Assembly: GCF_001194135.2 (NCBI RefSeq)
Contig: NC_069002.1
Span: forward strand, 8,468,143 to 8,528,937
Length of the DNA: 60,795 bases
Source of the DNA: Octopus bimaculoides
Taxonomy: Eukaryota
Reading direction: 5' to 3'
This document shows, in pieces, positions 26,770 to 40,182 of the stretch (position 1 is its first letter; every line of letters begins with the position of its first letter). The notes under the pieces are model-generated. The model did no database searches and was not told the DNA's origin. It saw nothing but the letters and a program-made list of their open reading frames with translations. The position numbers and the translations under genes are program-made.

Positions 26770-27659
26770 TATTAGATCAGACATACACAAACACATATAC
26801 ACACTAGCTCCCTCAAGACCCGTCTCATATATATGTGTGTGTGTATATATACATATATATACGCACACATATACACACACACTATATATATATATATACT
26901 GACATGTATGTATATATGTGTGTGTGTGTATGCTTGTATATATACACACAGAAATATTATTTAGTCAGCAGAGGTCAATATCTTAATTCACTGACAGCTT
27001 ATCGTCCTAATTTTAATATATTCACTTCTCTCGCTCTCTTCCTCTCCCTCTCTTCCCCTTCTGTCTCTCTGAGTCCCGCATTCTCCCCCCTCTCTCTCTC
27101 TCTTATAGCCTGTGTATACATTTTCTTATTCTTTAACGGTCTATTTTTTCTAGTCTACCCATACGTATGCATATGCATTGACATACGGATAGCTTCCACA
27201 TCCTGCCTATATAGACATACATCCACACACATTCATGCACATAGATATATTTATTAACATAGGAACACACACACACGTGTATACGTACACAGATGTATTG
27301 ATAGATAAATAGATAAATAAGCACAGAGAGAGCTTGATAGACAGACAGTTATACAGATAGATACATAAAGAGAGTTTGATGGATGGATAGATAGATAGAT
27401 ATACATATAACCTCGTATAACTACATCTTATACACATTCGTGTGTAAAACATTTTCTTGTCAAAAAGCTTTTAGAGGAAAAAATATACTAATACAAAAAT
27501 GGAAGCGACGTCTGACAAGTTTTCACCGGAAGTGACAAACTCAGTGAAGTAAAGTGATGATCGAGAAGATCAATAAAAAAAATATTAAATGGAACGACGA
27601 TATCAGTAACGTCGTTACTATTGTTTTGTAGAACAAGAACAAGAAGAACAAGAAGGAGG

Positions 27660-28344
27660 AGGAGGGGAATGTTTTATATGGTGCGACCGAGACAGTCATT
27701 GGTATTGTGTCACGGACATAGGACAAAGAGTGGTGTAGAAGACACAGTGTAATGACGTCATACAACTGAGAATGTGCCACTTTTAAGAGCGGGTTTGTGG
27801 GGAAATGGCTCCTTTATTCATTGATATTGTGACCTAGACTGAGTGAGGAGAGGGAGAGAGCAATAGATTCTCTGGTGGGTAGGGGAAGTCATTCAGAGAT
27901 ATTGTGCCGTAGAGTAAGGGCGGAGTAGATTTATAGAGGAGATGATATGACACAGTGTTATTGAGATACGGACCAACGATCCCTAACCGCCAGGCTGCAG
28001 GCTAGAACTGAGCCATGGATCATCTTGCTGGCGGATCGCCTAGAAAGAATAGACTTTTAAAATCTTATTTCTATTTATCGACTATCACAGCCTGCAGGAT
28101 GCTTCTTTCATTATATATACGTATTATATATACTTTATTTAAAAGGAGCAGCAATGTAACAAAAGACTGTTACTCGGAGTTTCAAGTTCCCGTTCATCGG
28201 ACAGTTTTGTTAGTTTTAAATAAAGTATATTACTCTACCTCTCGTATTTGAGTACTCTTTTTTTCCATCCTTGTTGCACATTTACGTGCTTACTCCGGCA
28301 TATATATATATATATACACATTACATATGTAACAATTATATAAG

Positions 28345-28375
<31 letters not shown>

Positions 28376-28740
28376 TACATATGTAACAATTATTTAAGTA
28401 ATAATTAAATCATATATCATGTGCTTTATTACGCTTGTGATCCCCCACCCTGTGGAAAAATTGTCTTGAAAGAAACCGGTTCGAATAAGAAAGTGTCGGA
28501 GACCTCAGCCATGCATTGAGAAAGATACACATTGGTGGGGAGAGATGATATCATACAGTGATACTGTGTTATAGAGTTAAAGATATGAGTAGATTTATGG
28601 TGTGTGGAAAGGTGACACCATTTAGTGATATTGTGTCACAGATTCACAGAGGGGCAGGAATTATATCAGACGGTGATAGTGCATTATAGACTGGGAGAGG
28701 ATGACACTTATGGCGGAGGGTTGAACATACGGTGATAATG
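27660..28740. repeat. Two patches (27660-27960, 28540-28740) of a degenerate GA-rich minisatellite-like repeat
   Basis: Recurring variants of GAGATGATATCATACAGTGATATTGTGTCA(C/T)AGA. Confidence 0.45.
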
Positions 28741-29727
28741 TGCAAAAGATTGAACTAAACTTTAAATTTTATGCGTAAAAAAAAAAAAAAAGATCGAAAG
28801 CCAAACCTTAAATATTGTTGTCGTTCACTCAGAGTGAGAAATAGGAAGAAAGAGAATAGGCGTTACAAAGAAAGACAAATATATTTGTTTAATTAGAATA
28901 ACTACGAAGGAATAATTAATACTCTCAAGTTAGTAAACATTAATTAAACTACTTAATACTTCATTCTTGCTACATATTTACTCCATTAATTGGTTGTTCG
29001 TATAGTTATATATCTTGGGAAACGCCAAGCCGAATGAATTCTAACATTACGAAAGAAGGAAGTATAAACACTAACATAGAAATGTAATTACTGTACACTC
29101 TTTTAAATGGGAATTTTGTTTTTTATCAACAGCACATTTTTACAGGAAGAAAAGAACAGTAAAGCAAAGGTATAAAACATTCAATTATCGAGAAAATCTA
29201 TCTCACCAAGGAGACAAGAAAAATGAAAAAATGGAGAGAATAAGCAGTAAAAGAGGGATTACAAATGCGTTACCGTGGAGAATGGCCAACCACGCTGGTT
29301 ACAGAATTTATCCAATGTATGCAAATTTAGATAAACGTATAGACATGGTTTTTCTTTAACGTTTTAACGTATTCAGTTTTTTCCTGCCTGCTGAACATAT
29401 TTGCCCTTCAATCAGATGTTCTGCTTTCCAGCCCCTCAAGCACCAGAGAAGTCCAAATCTTAGGTTATATACAGTATGGTCGATATTTAAGAAGTTTAAA
29501 TTTGCATCATGCGCTACCAAGTAGTTATATAAATTTTTTAAACTGCGGCCGAAGTAGTCTAGTTTCTTCCTACTGAATCCATTGGTAACAATGTAAATAT
29601 TATGAACTGACGTATTTCTACGAATGTATGTATGTATTTATGTATGCATGTGTGTATATATGCATGTATGTATGTCATTAGTCAGTTTTATTTCAAGATT
29701 TCTTGCCAATAGAGAAAGAATCGGTTT

Positions 29728-30003
29728 CTCACCGAGATCAAAAGCTCTTTCATTGGAATTTCAACAACATCAACAGGGTTTTTATGTATGCATATGTGCA
29801 GTTTTGTATGTATTGTTTTATGCACGTCTTCTCACGCATATACTTGCATATCTGGACATGCTTACATATACTTAAATGACAAACATCTGGAAAGTATTAC
29901 AGATTTTTACAGTTCCAGTGAGGGCTTGGATGCGTAGTCTTCGAAATCATCTTTATGCCCTTCTGGTTTTGATAAGTTTAATTTCTTAAGATTAGTATTT
30001 AGG
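29728..30003 (+). repeat. Unclassified dispersed repeat (MITE-like), copy 2
   Basis: Diverged direct copy of 24555-24809. Confidence 0.75.
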
Positions 30004-31089
30004 TGTTGTATGTATGTATTTATGCATGTATGTATGTACGTCCTATGTATGCATATAATATTCGACAAGTGTAAAAAAACTAAATTCACTGACAAATTAG
30101 AAGTGGTCGCCAAAATCAGATACTTAAGCTTCATAAGAACAAAATCTTCCGGTATTTAGTGACATTACATGGAATTGGGGGGAGGGGGGTAAGGCAGCTC
30201 TTAAATTATGCAGCCGGCATGCATTTTCAATAAACTTGAGTAAACATATCTGCATCCTATATGCTGTATAAAGTTTGTGCATACACAAAACAGACACGCA
30301 CACACACACACATACGCATTGTCGAGTTTACATAGTAAAGAGGGAGTGAGAGATACATATATAAAATTATTCCATTGTCCCACATTCTCAGTCAGTTTAA
30401 AAGATATTTCTGATTATATCTACAGAAAAAAAGAAACACAATTGTTGGATTTCAGAACGAAGAAACCAATTTGGTGAAGTTCGAATAGTTTGCAACAATA
30501 TCTGCCATTCCTATATTCCCCGTTCTCATTCATTTCCTCCCACCATATCTCTTTCTCTATCCTCCCTGTCCGTCTATCCCTCTAAGTCTTTTATCTCGTC
30601 TCTTTCTTTAAATTCTTCAACTTCTAAATTACAGCTTGGATATTTATCTTCGTATTTGCTTTCGTTATTAACAATTTGTGATGATCTTGTGTGTCTTGTT
30701 TTGATTCGTCATTTTATTTTCATTTTCTTTTGTTATTGTTTATTTGTCAGAAAGTCTAGGAATTAGTTTTGCGGTTTATTTAAGATAGGAGAGATCACCT
30801 GGATATGGATTTTGGTATAAACTTCAGAGGTTGCAGCAAATTCTTTCATTTCTAGGAACAGTGGAGATCAAGAAACCGAAATAGAGGAGGAGGTGGAGGA
30901 GTGGTGGTAGTAGCAGTAGGAGGAGGGGTGGCGAAGATAAAAACAGAAAAGAGAAAATATTTGCGATGGAAAATTACGAGAATAAAAGACAACAAACGAG
31001 ATGAGATAAGATAAGCTCTATCTTATTCGTCCACTTCTTATATCTAGGATGCTTTATAGGAATGTATTTTGATTTATACGCAAATATCA

Positions 31090-31200
31090 CAGGCCTGGCT
31101 GTATGGTTAAGCAGATCGTTTTGCTGTTATGCGGTTTCAGGTTCAGTCCCGCTGCGCGGTACCTTGGGCAAGGATCTTTTGCTATAGTCTCTAACCGACA
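31090..31200 (+). mobile_element. SINE family B 5' half
   Basis: GGCTGTATGGTTAAG...CAGGTTCAGTCCCGCTGCGCGGTACCTTGGGCAAG...CTATAG. Confidence 0.75.
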
Positions 31201-33136
31201 ACTGGAGGAACGGGAAATGAAGTAACTTGTTCAAGAACCCAATGCGCAGCCGCTCTGGGAACGCATATTCTTGCGTTGAACACCCTAACCATCAGGCTAC
31301 GCGCATTCACATTTTATAAATAAGCAAAAGAAATCATTGATTTATGATAGAAATGTTCAGCTCCAGAAAACTTCTGACTACGCCATATTGATTATATGTA
31401 ATAGAAAGCAAAACAAAACTTACAAGATTTCTTTAAATTTTGTCCTATTCTTAGAACGATAAGAAATAATAAGTGAAGTGAGGGAAGATATCAAAGAAAA
31501 ATTAATTTTTCGAGACATCGACAACAATAAAAATCAACAAAAACACACATAAACAATATCGAAAAGAAACAAAAATAAAAATAAAGACGTCAACCAGATT
31601 TTAATTTATAAAATTAATAAATAAAGATATATGATGGAACAGAGAGAGATGAAGAAAAGCAATGACTGAAAGTAAAACATAACGGTTCCATGAACAGAGA
31701 AGTTTATTACAGTTTAATTTATCTATATTAATTGTTAGATAAGAAGGAATCGACGTGGTTGTAGCTCTGTCAGCTTTCCTATCACTGATATTCCAAAATT
31801 GAAATTTGCAATGACGTGTAGTTGTTGATGCTTATTTTTCTTTTATTTTTGTGTTCTGTTGGTGGTATAACCGAATATACCCAAGTAAATCATTGAAAGA
31901 CTCTCATACGTTATGCACAGAGTTCGTATTCTTTCAATAGTGTAGCAATATATCCATGACGAAGACACTTTAACTTCGTAACAACAACAACACAAAGTCT
32001 ACCAAGTTAATGTAGACACTATATCCTCTATCTCCGATCGCATAGTTTAGATACGTATTCGTATAAGAAATCTAGTTACTTTCAGTGCTGGCTCAGAACT
32101 CTACAGAAAATCTGTAGAGATAAAAATGAGAACATGGAACTGCTAACACGAAAGTAAGACAATATTGATAAGAATCTTTTAATAAACTTCGTTGTATATT
32201 ATGGTTGCCAAACGAAATACTGTGTACATACTAGTAGTTAACACATACGATAGTAAGACAGTTCATTTGTGTTGGTAGCAACAACTGCAGCAGAATTGTA
32301 ATAGTTTGTTTAGTTTTACACCTTGCCTGACAGTGTTTAAATGTTATTTCTTGTTTGACCTCTCCATACTCAAAGCTGTCAACTTGAATCGTCGGAAACT
32401 ATCATTTTTAACAACCAGTTCTTGGTGTTGTTTTCTGACGCTGGTGGTGATGTAGTCAAATGGGAGTAGAACACTGAAAAGTGGTGTGACGCCTGGTTCC
32501 GTTCTAAACTTGAAGTGACTTGACAAAAGGTGTTCCAGGCCTGACCATTCCAACTTTTAGTTAGATATTTTGTATCTAGAACGTAATGTGCCACTCTCGT
32601 TTTACTATAATAATATATTGTTTGAATGAGATATGACTACTATATTTTGTAGGTCAAATATTCATGTAGGGGCTAACTTGTTGGTTGATGTTTTTTATGT
32701 TATACAAGATTATGAACGTTGTTTATGCATCTAACCTCGTTTATCAATGATACAAGCATTGCTGATCCGAGATAACACAATGCACTCAAGTGCGAGCTGT
32801 GTTACGTTTATCACGAATTGATCTGTGATAACCCAGGTTGGCAATCAGTCAAAGATTCTGCTTGGAATCCGTGCTTGTCCGAGGGAAAATTTACAATACT
32901 TAGTACAAATTGGTGTCTTAAAACGAAATCTATATTGTTTATTTCTTTTCTATTATTCAATTAACATATTTTATTTAACATTTTTTTAACTGCTTTGGTG
33001 GGGGTGAGACAAAACAACTATGATTAAAGAGGATAGACGTATTTAACTAAGTAAAAATTTCTTTAAGTTAAATGAAATAAATTTGACAAAATGCGAATTT
33101 TACTTTTTACAGAAAGGAATCTATAACGCGAAACCG

Positions 33137-34018
33137 TGTCCCAATATCGACAAGGTGATTATCTCCGAGTCTTCATTATTCAGCGCCAAACTCATGAATA
33201 ATCCCTCACAGGTGAAGAAAGTGAAAAGAATAGAGAAAAGTGGGTTAGCAAGAAGAAATAAGGATTTTGAATAACGTTTTTGATCTGCCGTTGTTTTAGA
33301 TCTTGCTTCTGTGTTCTGAAGCATAAATAGATTGGAAATGTTAGAATAGTCTCTCGGTGAGCGGAATTAAGTCTACTGGAAGAAAGTGTTATCAGTTTCT
33401 CAACGAGGAATTCGCATCAAACCTGATCATCGAAATGATCACCAAGATTTAAATTAAGATTTAGGACCTGTATTACCGAGCCAAATCGGATTAGAAGGAA
33501 ATAAAGTTTGTGAACAATGAAAATGTGCAGAAGTCACGTATTAATGATATAACGGAGACAGGAAGAGTTAAAATCTTTAAATGATTATATAGTAGGATAA
33601 CTGTAGGATCTTGATATGACGATCACTTATTTAATTCTGGAAACATATATTGCATATGAATTTGCCGACAGTGTCTTTGATATTGATCAATATTTTTGAC
33701 TTACACATTCTTTCCAAAAATATATTAGTTGTAATGAGCAACTGGAGAATTTTGTTGCATGTAAAGTTTGTGTAATTGATTTAGTTCTGTAATTTTATGT
33801 GAATTTAACTGAATCCTGAATTAATTCATGATTATTGTCTGAGATAGAATTACAATTGAAAGTCTATGTTGCTCAATGATAAACAATATTACAACGATTA
33901 GCCACAGTAGTTATAACAGCGATTAATCAATATTCTATAAGAAGAATAAATGTATTTATTCAGTATCTTTTAGCGGATAAGGCCAAGCTGTACCCTAATC
34001 AACATAGTCATGGCAGAT
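33137..34018 (-). mobile_element. Unclassified ~0.9-kb interspersed repeat, copy 2 (inverted relative to copy 1)
   Basis: Reverse complement of 1774-2647. Homology stops at ~34018, so the ribozyme-bearing flank is absent here. Confidence 0.85.
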
Positions 34019-34194
34019 ATGTATAATATGCCTCTGACTACGAGGAGCACATCCTCTTTACAACAGGCCTCTTTTTACTCCGGCTAGGAGTCGAAACCAC
34101 CCTCCTCGCATGAGTAGCAAGCTACTGAAGCGGTGGAGCCCGTTTAGTTGGCGACCACCCGACCATGTCCCAATCCAACTAGTACTGATTAAGA

Positions 34195-34278
34195 ACACAA
34201 TGCGTCCCCCAGTCCAGGAATTGAAATCGAAATCTTACGATCATTGAGTCCAACACCCTAACCACTAAGCCACGTGCC
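34195..34278 (-). mobile_element. SINE tRNA-like head fragment
   Basis: GAACACAATGCG...GAATTGAAA...TTACGATC...CAACACCCTAACCACTAAGCCACG; a similar fragment lies at ~31215-31305. Confidence 0.65.
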
Positions 34279-35614
34279 ACACACACACACATATATGTTC
34301 TGTTTGTTTTTCTTACGAATATCTACTGCGCACTCTTGCAGATATTACAAGTGAGGAGACGCTTCGCCCCAATTGCTGTGTAACCGAAGATTCCTTCTAT
34401 GGCCTCGATCTCAGAAATTATCGCTCCAAGCAATTTACACTTTAGAACTAAACCCCTCGTCTAATACTCTTTCGTTCAGACCTGCATATATATCTGGAGA
34501 TTTCCTCAGATACTTTTCATGATTCTCCGGGTACTTAATGTCGAAGAATTCATTTTGGAGATTATCCTTCGAGAATCTACATATGTTGATTAAGTACTAT
34601 GGATAAAATGTTTTTTCTTTCTTTTTTTTTTTAAATACACGATAATCAATGATAGTTAGGGCAGGGTTTTATTCCGTCTCGTAAAAGAAAATCTGAACAG
34701 TAAAATATCTTGAATTAAATATATGACTAAGAGATTGAAGTTGAAGTCTTATAACAAAGGTACGATGTGGTTGAAAGCAAAATATATATAAAATAAAAAT
34801 TGTGTTAGAAAAATAAAAACTGGTACGAAATGTTATCTTGATAGAAAGCTTTCTTAGGATAATATCAAATATTAGTTTAAAATTATGTAGGATATTTTAC
34901 TTTTGGGAAGAATATTGAAAATGGCTGTTTGTTTTGATGCTGTCAATATATTATAGAAGTTAAGTAACTCAGCATCCACGGATTTTCAAAGAAATCATCG
35001 TTATGTTGACCAAGCACTTAATGCTTGAATGTATTAATACTTGGAACCACTTAAGTAATAAAGATGCACAACAAAGTTAACAGAATATGTCAATATAAAA
35101 TATCAGATTTTCAGAAATAAGAGTCTTTTGATGGAAGATGCATTAATAAGTGTTCAGTCATTCACTAATCCGTTGCAGCATTTGGCCAAATAGGAAAATG
35201 CAAATCAATATACTGTGTGAATAGGTTAAACTTCAAATCTAACATAATCGAGAGATTTTATTGAAAGAAAACAGATGCCCCCTTGGGGCACAGTCGAATA
35301 GAAGAAATGCAGAAAGAATCTGTTACTTTTTATGTTCTTAAAGATTCTCTATGTTATTTTAAAATTATCTCTCAACCAATTTTCCGAAGATTTGATATTC
35401 ATTTAATCTTTGGAGGAGGGTTAATTGACATTTAGTGTTGGAGATGTAAAAGGGTAAATGGTTGCACCTTTTGCGTCATGTGTTCGAATCCTGCTCAGGT
35501 CACATTTGACACTCGTCTTTCAGTGTTCGACGAAGTATCTTCCATCTCTCTATAATTATCTGACCTTCTACCTATGTTATAAATAATTATTATCATTATT
35601 ATTATTATTATTAA

Positions 35615-35716
35615 AGGCATCGAGCTGGTACAACAGTTAGTATGCTGGCAAAAAACACTTAGCGGCATTTCGTCCGGTTTTACGTTCTGAACCCGAATTC
35701 CGACGAGGTTGACTTT

Positions 35717-35751
<35 letters not shown>

Positions 35752-36095
35752 TCGGGGTTGATAAAATAACTACCAGTTGTATATATATATATATATATAT
35801 ACACATGTAAATATATATATATTTGAGGGAATTTGAACTTAGAACGTAAAATCGGTCAAAATACCGCTGACAGTTCTGCCAACTCGCTGCCTTAAACCGA
35901 TTTAAGATATTAGTTTCAAATTTTGGTACAAAGCTAGCAATTTCTTGATAGGGGATACGTCGATTATATCAACTCGACTGACGATGTAAAGTAAGTTCAA
36001 CCTCAGCTGAATTGGAACTCAGAACATACAAACGGACGAAATGCAGGTAAGTAATTTCATCCGGTGTGCTAACAGTTCTGACAATTTGTCTGCCA
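35615..36095. mobile_element. Three SINE family A copies/fragments (one +, two -)
   Basis: Plus copy 35615-35780 interrupted by (TA)n; minus copies at ~35825-35895 and ~35905-36095. Confidence 0.75.
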
Positions 36096-36829
36096 ACTTG
36101 AATTGTATTAGTATATTAAAAAACAAAAAGAAGACCATGTGTATCAAAGAATGTCATTCCTCTCACGAAATGAACCCAGATCAAGAAATCAATAAGCAAT
36201 TACTTTTACCGAATCCAGCATCTTATTCTATAGGTCATGTTTAATTTTGACATTAAACTAAAAAATCGAATCACGATATACATCTCTCTCAGACTGCTAA
36301 AGACATCAACAGATGTGTTAAGTGGGTAATGTTCTGCATATACATTGCATGACGGGCAAATTTCTGCGTGATAAACCAATTTTTCTGTTATTATGACTTA
36401 ACACGTGTCGTAAAAAATAAAATGACATCTTTATCACTGTAAGATAAGAAAGGAAGATTGGATTTCTTCCCAAGAATCTTTATACAAATATTTCTTCTGC
36501 AGTTATTAATATGGCAATCTTGACTAAATTTTCAGTTGATTTTCGATTATCTAATGTGTTTCTGCCTTCTTTCATTCTTTGTTGGAAAATGTCCAGGAAT
36601 CATACCAAAATATAAATATTCAGATAAATAATTCAAATAAATGGTATAAAAATAATGAAATATAAACAGTGTGGATGGCATAAAACGAAAACATTTTTTT
36701 CTTCTATTTTCATATATTTATGTTTCAAAATTCAGGTCGAAAACTCTGGGTTTTTCAGAATTGGGAAAGTATCAAAGAAATGATACCTTACAATATTCAG
36801 GTATGTTATTTTTATAATTTTACTTATTT

Positions 36830-36985
36830 TAGTCATTGTACTGCTGCCATGCTAGGGTGTAGTCTTGAAGGGTTTTAGTCGAACAAATCTATACCGGTAA
36901 GTAATACGTTTTTAAATATCCTACTTACACTATCAGTTTCTTTTGTCAAACCACTAGGTTACAGGGTCGAAAACAAACTCAAACG
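36830..36985 (-). mobile_element. SINE family B 3' half
   Basis: TAGTCATTGTACTGCTGCCATGCTAGG...GAAGGGTTTTAGTCGAACAAATC...CCACTAGGTTACAGGG. Confidence 0.7.
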
Positions 36986-36996
36986 CACACACACAC

Positions 36997-37038
<42 letters not shown>

Positions 37039-37067
37039 AGTTTATGTATCTCAGTATCTATCTATAA

Positions 37068-37109
<42 letters not shown>

Positions 37110-37205
37110 NNNNNNNNNNNNNNNNNNNNNNNNNNNNNNNNNNNNNNNNNNNNNNNNNNNNNNNNNNNNNNNNNNNNNNNNNNNNNNNNNNNNNNNNNNN
37201 NNNNN

Positions 37206-37237
<32 letters not shown>

Positions 37238-38202
37238 TAAAGGGTAAAAATCAGCGGGGAAATAAAAACTTCAGAGGTAGATTTCACAAATAATTTATAA
37301 TCATACACATAATTATAACAAGGGACCGGCTATGTGCCTCACCCCACCACTGAAAAATAGACGCCAAAAGACACTATTACCACCAGAAATTCTCCGAGAA
37401 TAATACACCACATAATAAGTTAGCAAAAGAAAGAAAATGAATTAAAACTTTCGAAAAACCGCGTAGAAGATCCTGTTTACAGCTTATAGATAGATAGATA
37501 GATAGATAGATAAACGCTGTGCAGTAATCATGTCTGCACTGCGGACTATGATCGTAAGAAACGTGTGATTTGCGGAAGCGCGAGTAGTGATGCATTAAAA
37601 TATTTGTAAATTCCATCCTCGGATTATTACTATGATTATATTTATTCTACATTATACCGGCATAGCTCGGTAAAACCCCATAAAAATAAACTTCTATTGC
37701 AAGTTGGTGTCATTAGGCTGTAGCCGACATAATAAAACAGGCGCTTTTATATACGTACTTAAAAACGTTTCCCGTAAACTTACTTAAAGGATATATACAC
37801 ACACACACACACACACACACGTCTTTACGGTATAATCATTATGGATAGAATATTGATTATAGATTAAATGTTTTATTCATTCTGTTTTATCTTTAAGTAC
37901 TTTATACTAAATGGACAGACATAGCGTCTTTTGAACCTGACTCCACCTGGAAAACATGTGTGTGTAAAAATATGTGTTTATGTATCTTACTCTCTCTCTC
38001 TCGCTATATATATATATATATATAATTATAAATATATAGGGATCAGCATGAGATTGTTTCACCAACATACTGAAAATTTAGAAATAGCAGTCAAAGAACT
38101 ACTAATTCTAAACTACAATTTTGTCTCTAACGGATGGCGATATTTACGGCACACATAGAACAAAAACAGAAGAGAAAACAAAAGCAAACTTGCCTTTAGT
38201 TA

Positions 38203-38265
38203 ATCATGTACGACGTTTCGTGATTAAGAATATAAAAACTACTCTTCTCCACTCTTCAGCATGAT
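38203..38265 (-). ncRNA. Type I hammerhead ribozyme (predicted cleavage after GUA, position 38209)
   Basis: Minus strand reads ATCATG-CTGAAGA-GTG...(27 nt)...CAC-GAAA-C-GTC-GT-A-CATGAT. Perfect 6-bp stem I, G10.1-C11.1 pair, all invariant core nucleotides present, short near-palindromic stem III (ACG-T-CGT). Confidence 0.85.
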
Positions 38266-38619
38266 GTACAGATAAATCTGAAAATGCCCATATACTCATG
38301 GGTATTTGACCATGCGACATCAAAATCACATAAGGAAAGGCATTCACAAATTTATCGGCTAGTGCGTTCCCCATTTCTCCCCAAGAATTTATCCCATGTG
38401 CGCCACAAATTTTATTAACTAATTGGCAATCCCCTGCCCTATATCTATATATATACACTCACACACACATCATAAATCCGAAAGAGAAGCACACTCCAAA
38501 TTATAGAGTAGTAGATTATTTAGATAAAAATAGTTATGGCCGGTCTATGAGGTTCAACTCGAAACCCTGATTAACCTCATAGATCTGCCATAACTACATT
38601 TACCTAAAAGTATATGTGT

Positions 38620-38651
<32 letters not shown>

Positions 38652-38714
38652 GTATTGGGGATGCTAATCTGCCAATTATGTGTGTGTATATATATATGTA
38701 TGAGTGTACATATA

Positions 38715-38850
38715 TCAGTGGCGGCGTGGACAGGAGAGGCTGGTATGCATTAGCGACTGCTGATCTTCCATAAACAAACTTGCCCGGACTTGTGCCTGAG
38801 AGGGGAACTTTCTAGATGCAAAGCTATTGGCAGTCATGACCAAAAGAGGT
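38715..38850 (+). mobile_element. SINE family C 3' half
   Basis: GGAGAGGCTGGTATGCAT...TTCCATAAACAA...GAGGGGAACTTTCTAG.TGCAA, homologous to ~50215-50360. Confidence 0.65.
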
Positions 38851-39445
38851 CTTTACCCTTTAAATTTCAAATCTAAAGGGTTAACATGATTGCGAATTAG
38901 TTTTGTTAGATTTCCTCTCGTTTTCTTATGATTTGCTATATTTCTTTCGAAAATTATGTACCGACTTTTCCCCCCATAATTTACACATTTCGATATTCTG
39001 CTCTATAATTTAGATATATATGTTTAGAGGACATCCGTTTCTCTTATGTTTGTGACAGAGTCACATACGGATAATTATTTGACTATCTCTACGTATACAA
39101 ATATACGATATTTTGTTTCCATTATATCTTCATGTTGAAATCTTTGTTTGTATATTACCACATGCATATACGTGTATTTGCTGTATTCATATATGTATAT
39201 TTAATATATATTTATATGCGCATAGCACATACAATCGTGTGCGTACGTACATATAAAACATGCACCTATATCTAAACTGTACACATATTTACACACGTGT
39301 GTTTGTGTACGTATGTATACATACATATGTACGTTATATATATATAACGATGAATATATATTTATTTACACAGTGTAGGCGTTATAAGCTGTAGGTTAAT
39401 TACATCATATATACATTTTACACACACACAAACGTTTATGTATTT

Positions 39446-39486
<41 letters not shown>

Positions 39487-39984
39487 CCAGAAGTGACACG
39501 CTGTATAATTTAATTGGACAGTTTAGAAACGAAATCTGTCAAGTCAAAAACTATTGATTTATAAATAGAGTTCGTGTTAAATGTCAGCTCGTCTATCATC
39601 TTAAACGTAGTTGTAACGATCAACCCGATATTATCACTTTAATTTTACCCTCCATTACGCTTATGACTCAGCATGTGCTCCACTATGGGCTCCACATGCT
39701 ATGTTAACCACTAAGGATACTCATTAGGAACTTCGGGATAAGTTACTGCCACTGGCCTAGATATTGTCTTGGTGAAATCTATAGTATATAGCTGTGTTTC
39801 TCAACCATTTTTTCCCTATGGACCGTTTTAATTCCCATTTTACCTGCATTAACACTTCTCTCTCCCGTTTTTCTCTCAACGTCTTTTGCTCTGGCTCCTT
39901 GCCTCTTCATTTTACTAACCACGTGATGTATTAGGCCGTATTGCAGTGGTTCCCAAATGTGGTTCTCAATCCTAAAGTCTTCCA

Positions 39985-40182
39985 AATTGTTGGCACAAGG
40001 GCAAAAATTTTACGGGGTGTGGGTAATCGATTATATCAACCCCAGTATTTAGCTGGTACTTTATTTTATCATGCAGGAAAGGACAGATGACATCCGTGGG
40101 ATTCGATATCAGCACGTAAAGAGGCGGAAGAAATAAGTTAAATATTTTGTCCGGTGTACCGACGATTCTACCAGCTCGCTAC
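39985..40182 (-). mobile_element. SINE family A copy (diverged)
   Basis: TTGGCACAAGG...TCGATTATATCAACCCCAGT...CTGGTACTTTATTTTATC...GATTCTACCAGCTCGCT. Confidence 0.75.

Noticed and set aside
28290-28400. Short tandem duplications (also 4845-4870, 46350-46390)
   Set aside because: Two-copy slippage events; too few and irregular to be arrays, and no CRISPR-like repeat-spacer pattern exists in the window.
39728-39745. AACTTCGGGATAAG matching a conserved LSU rRNA segment
   Set aside because: Only 14 nt; the flanks do not resemble rRNA.
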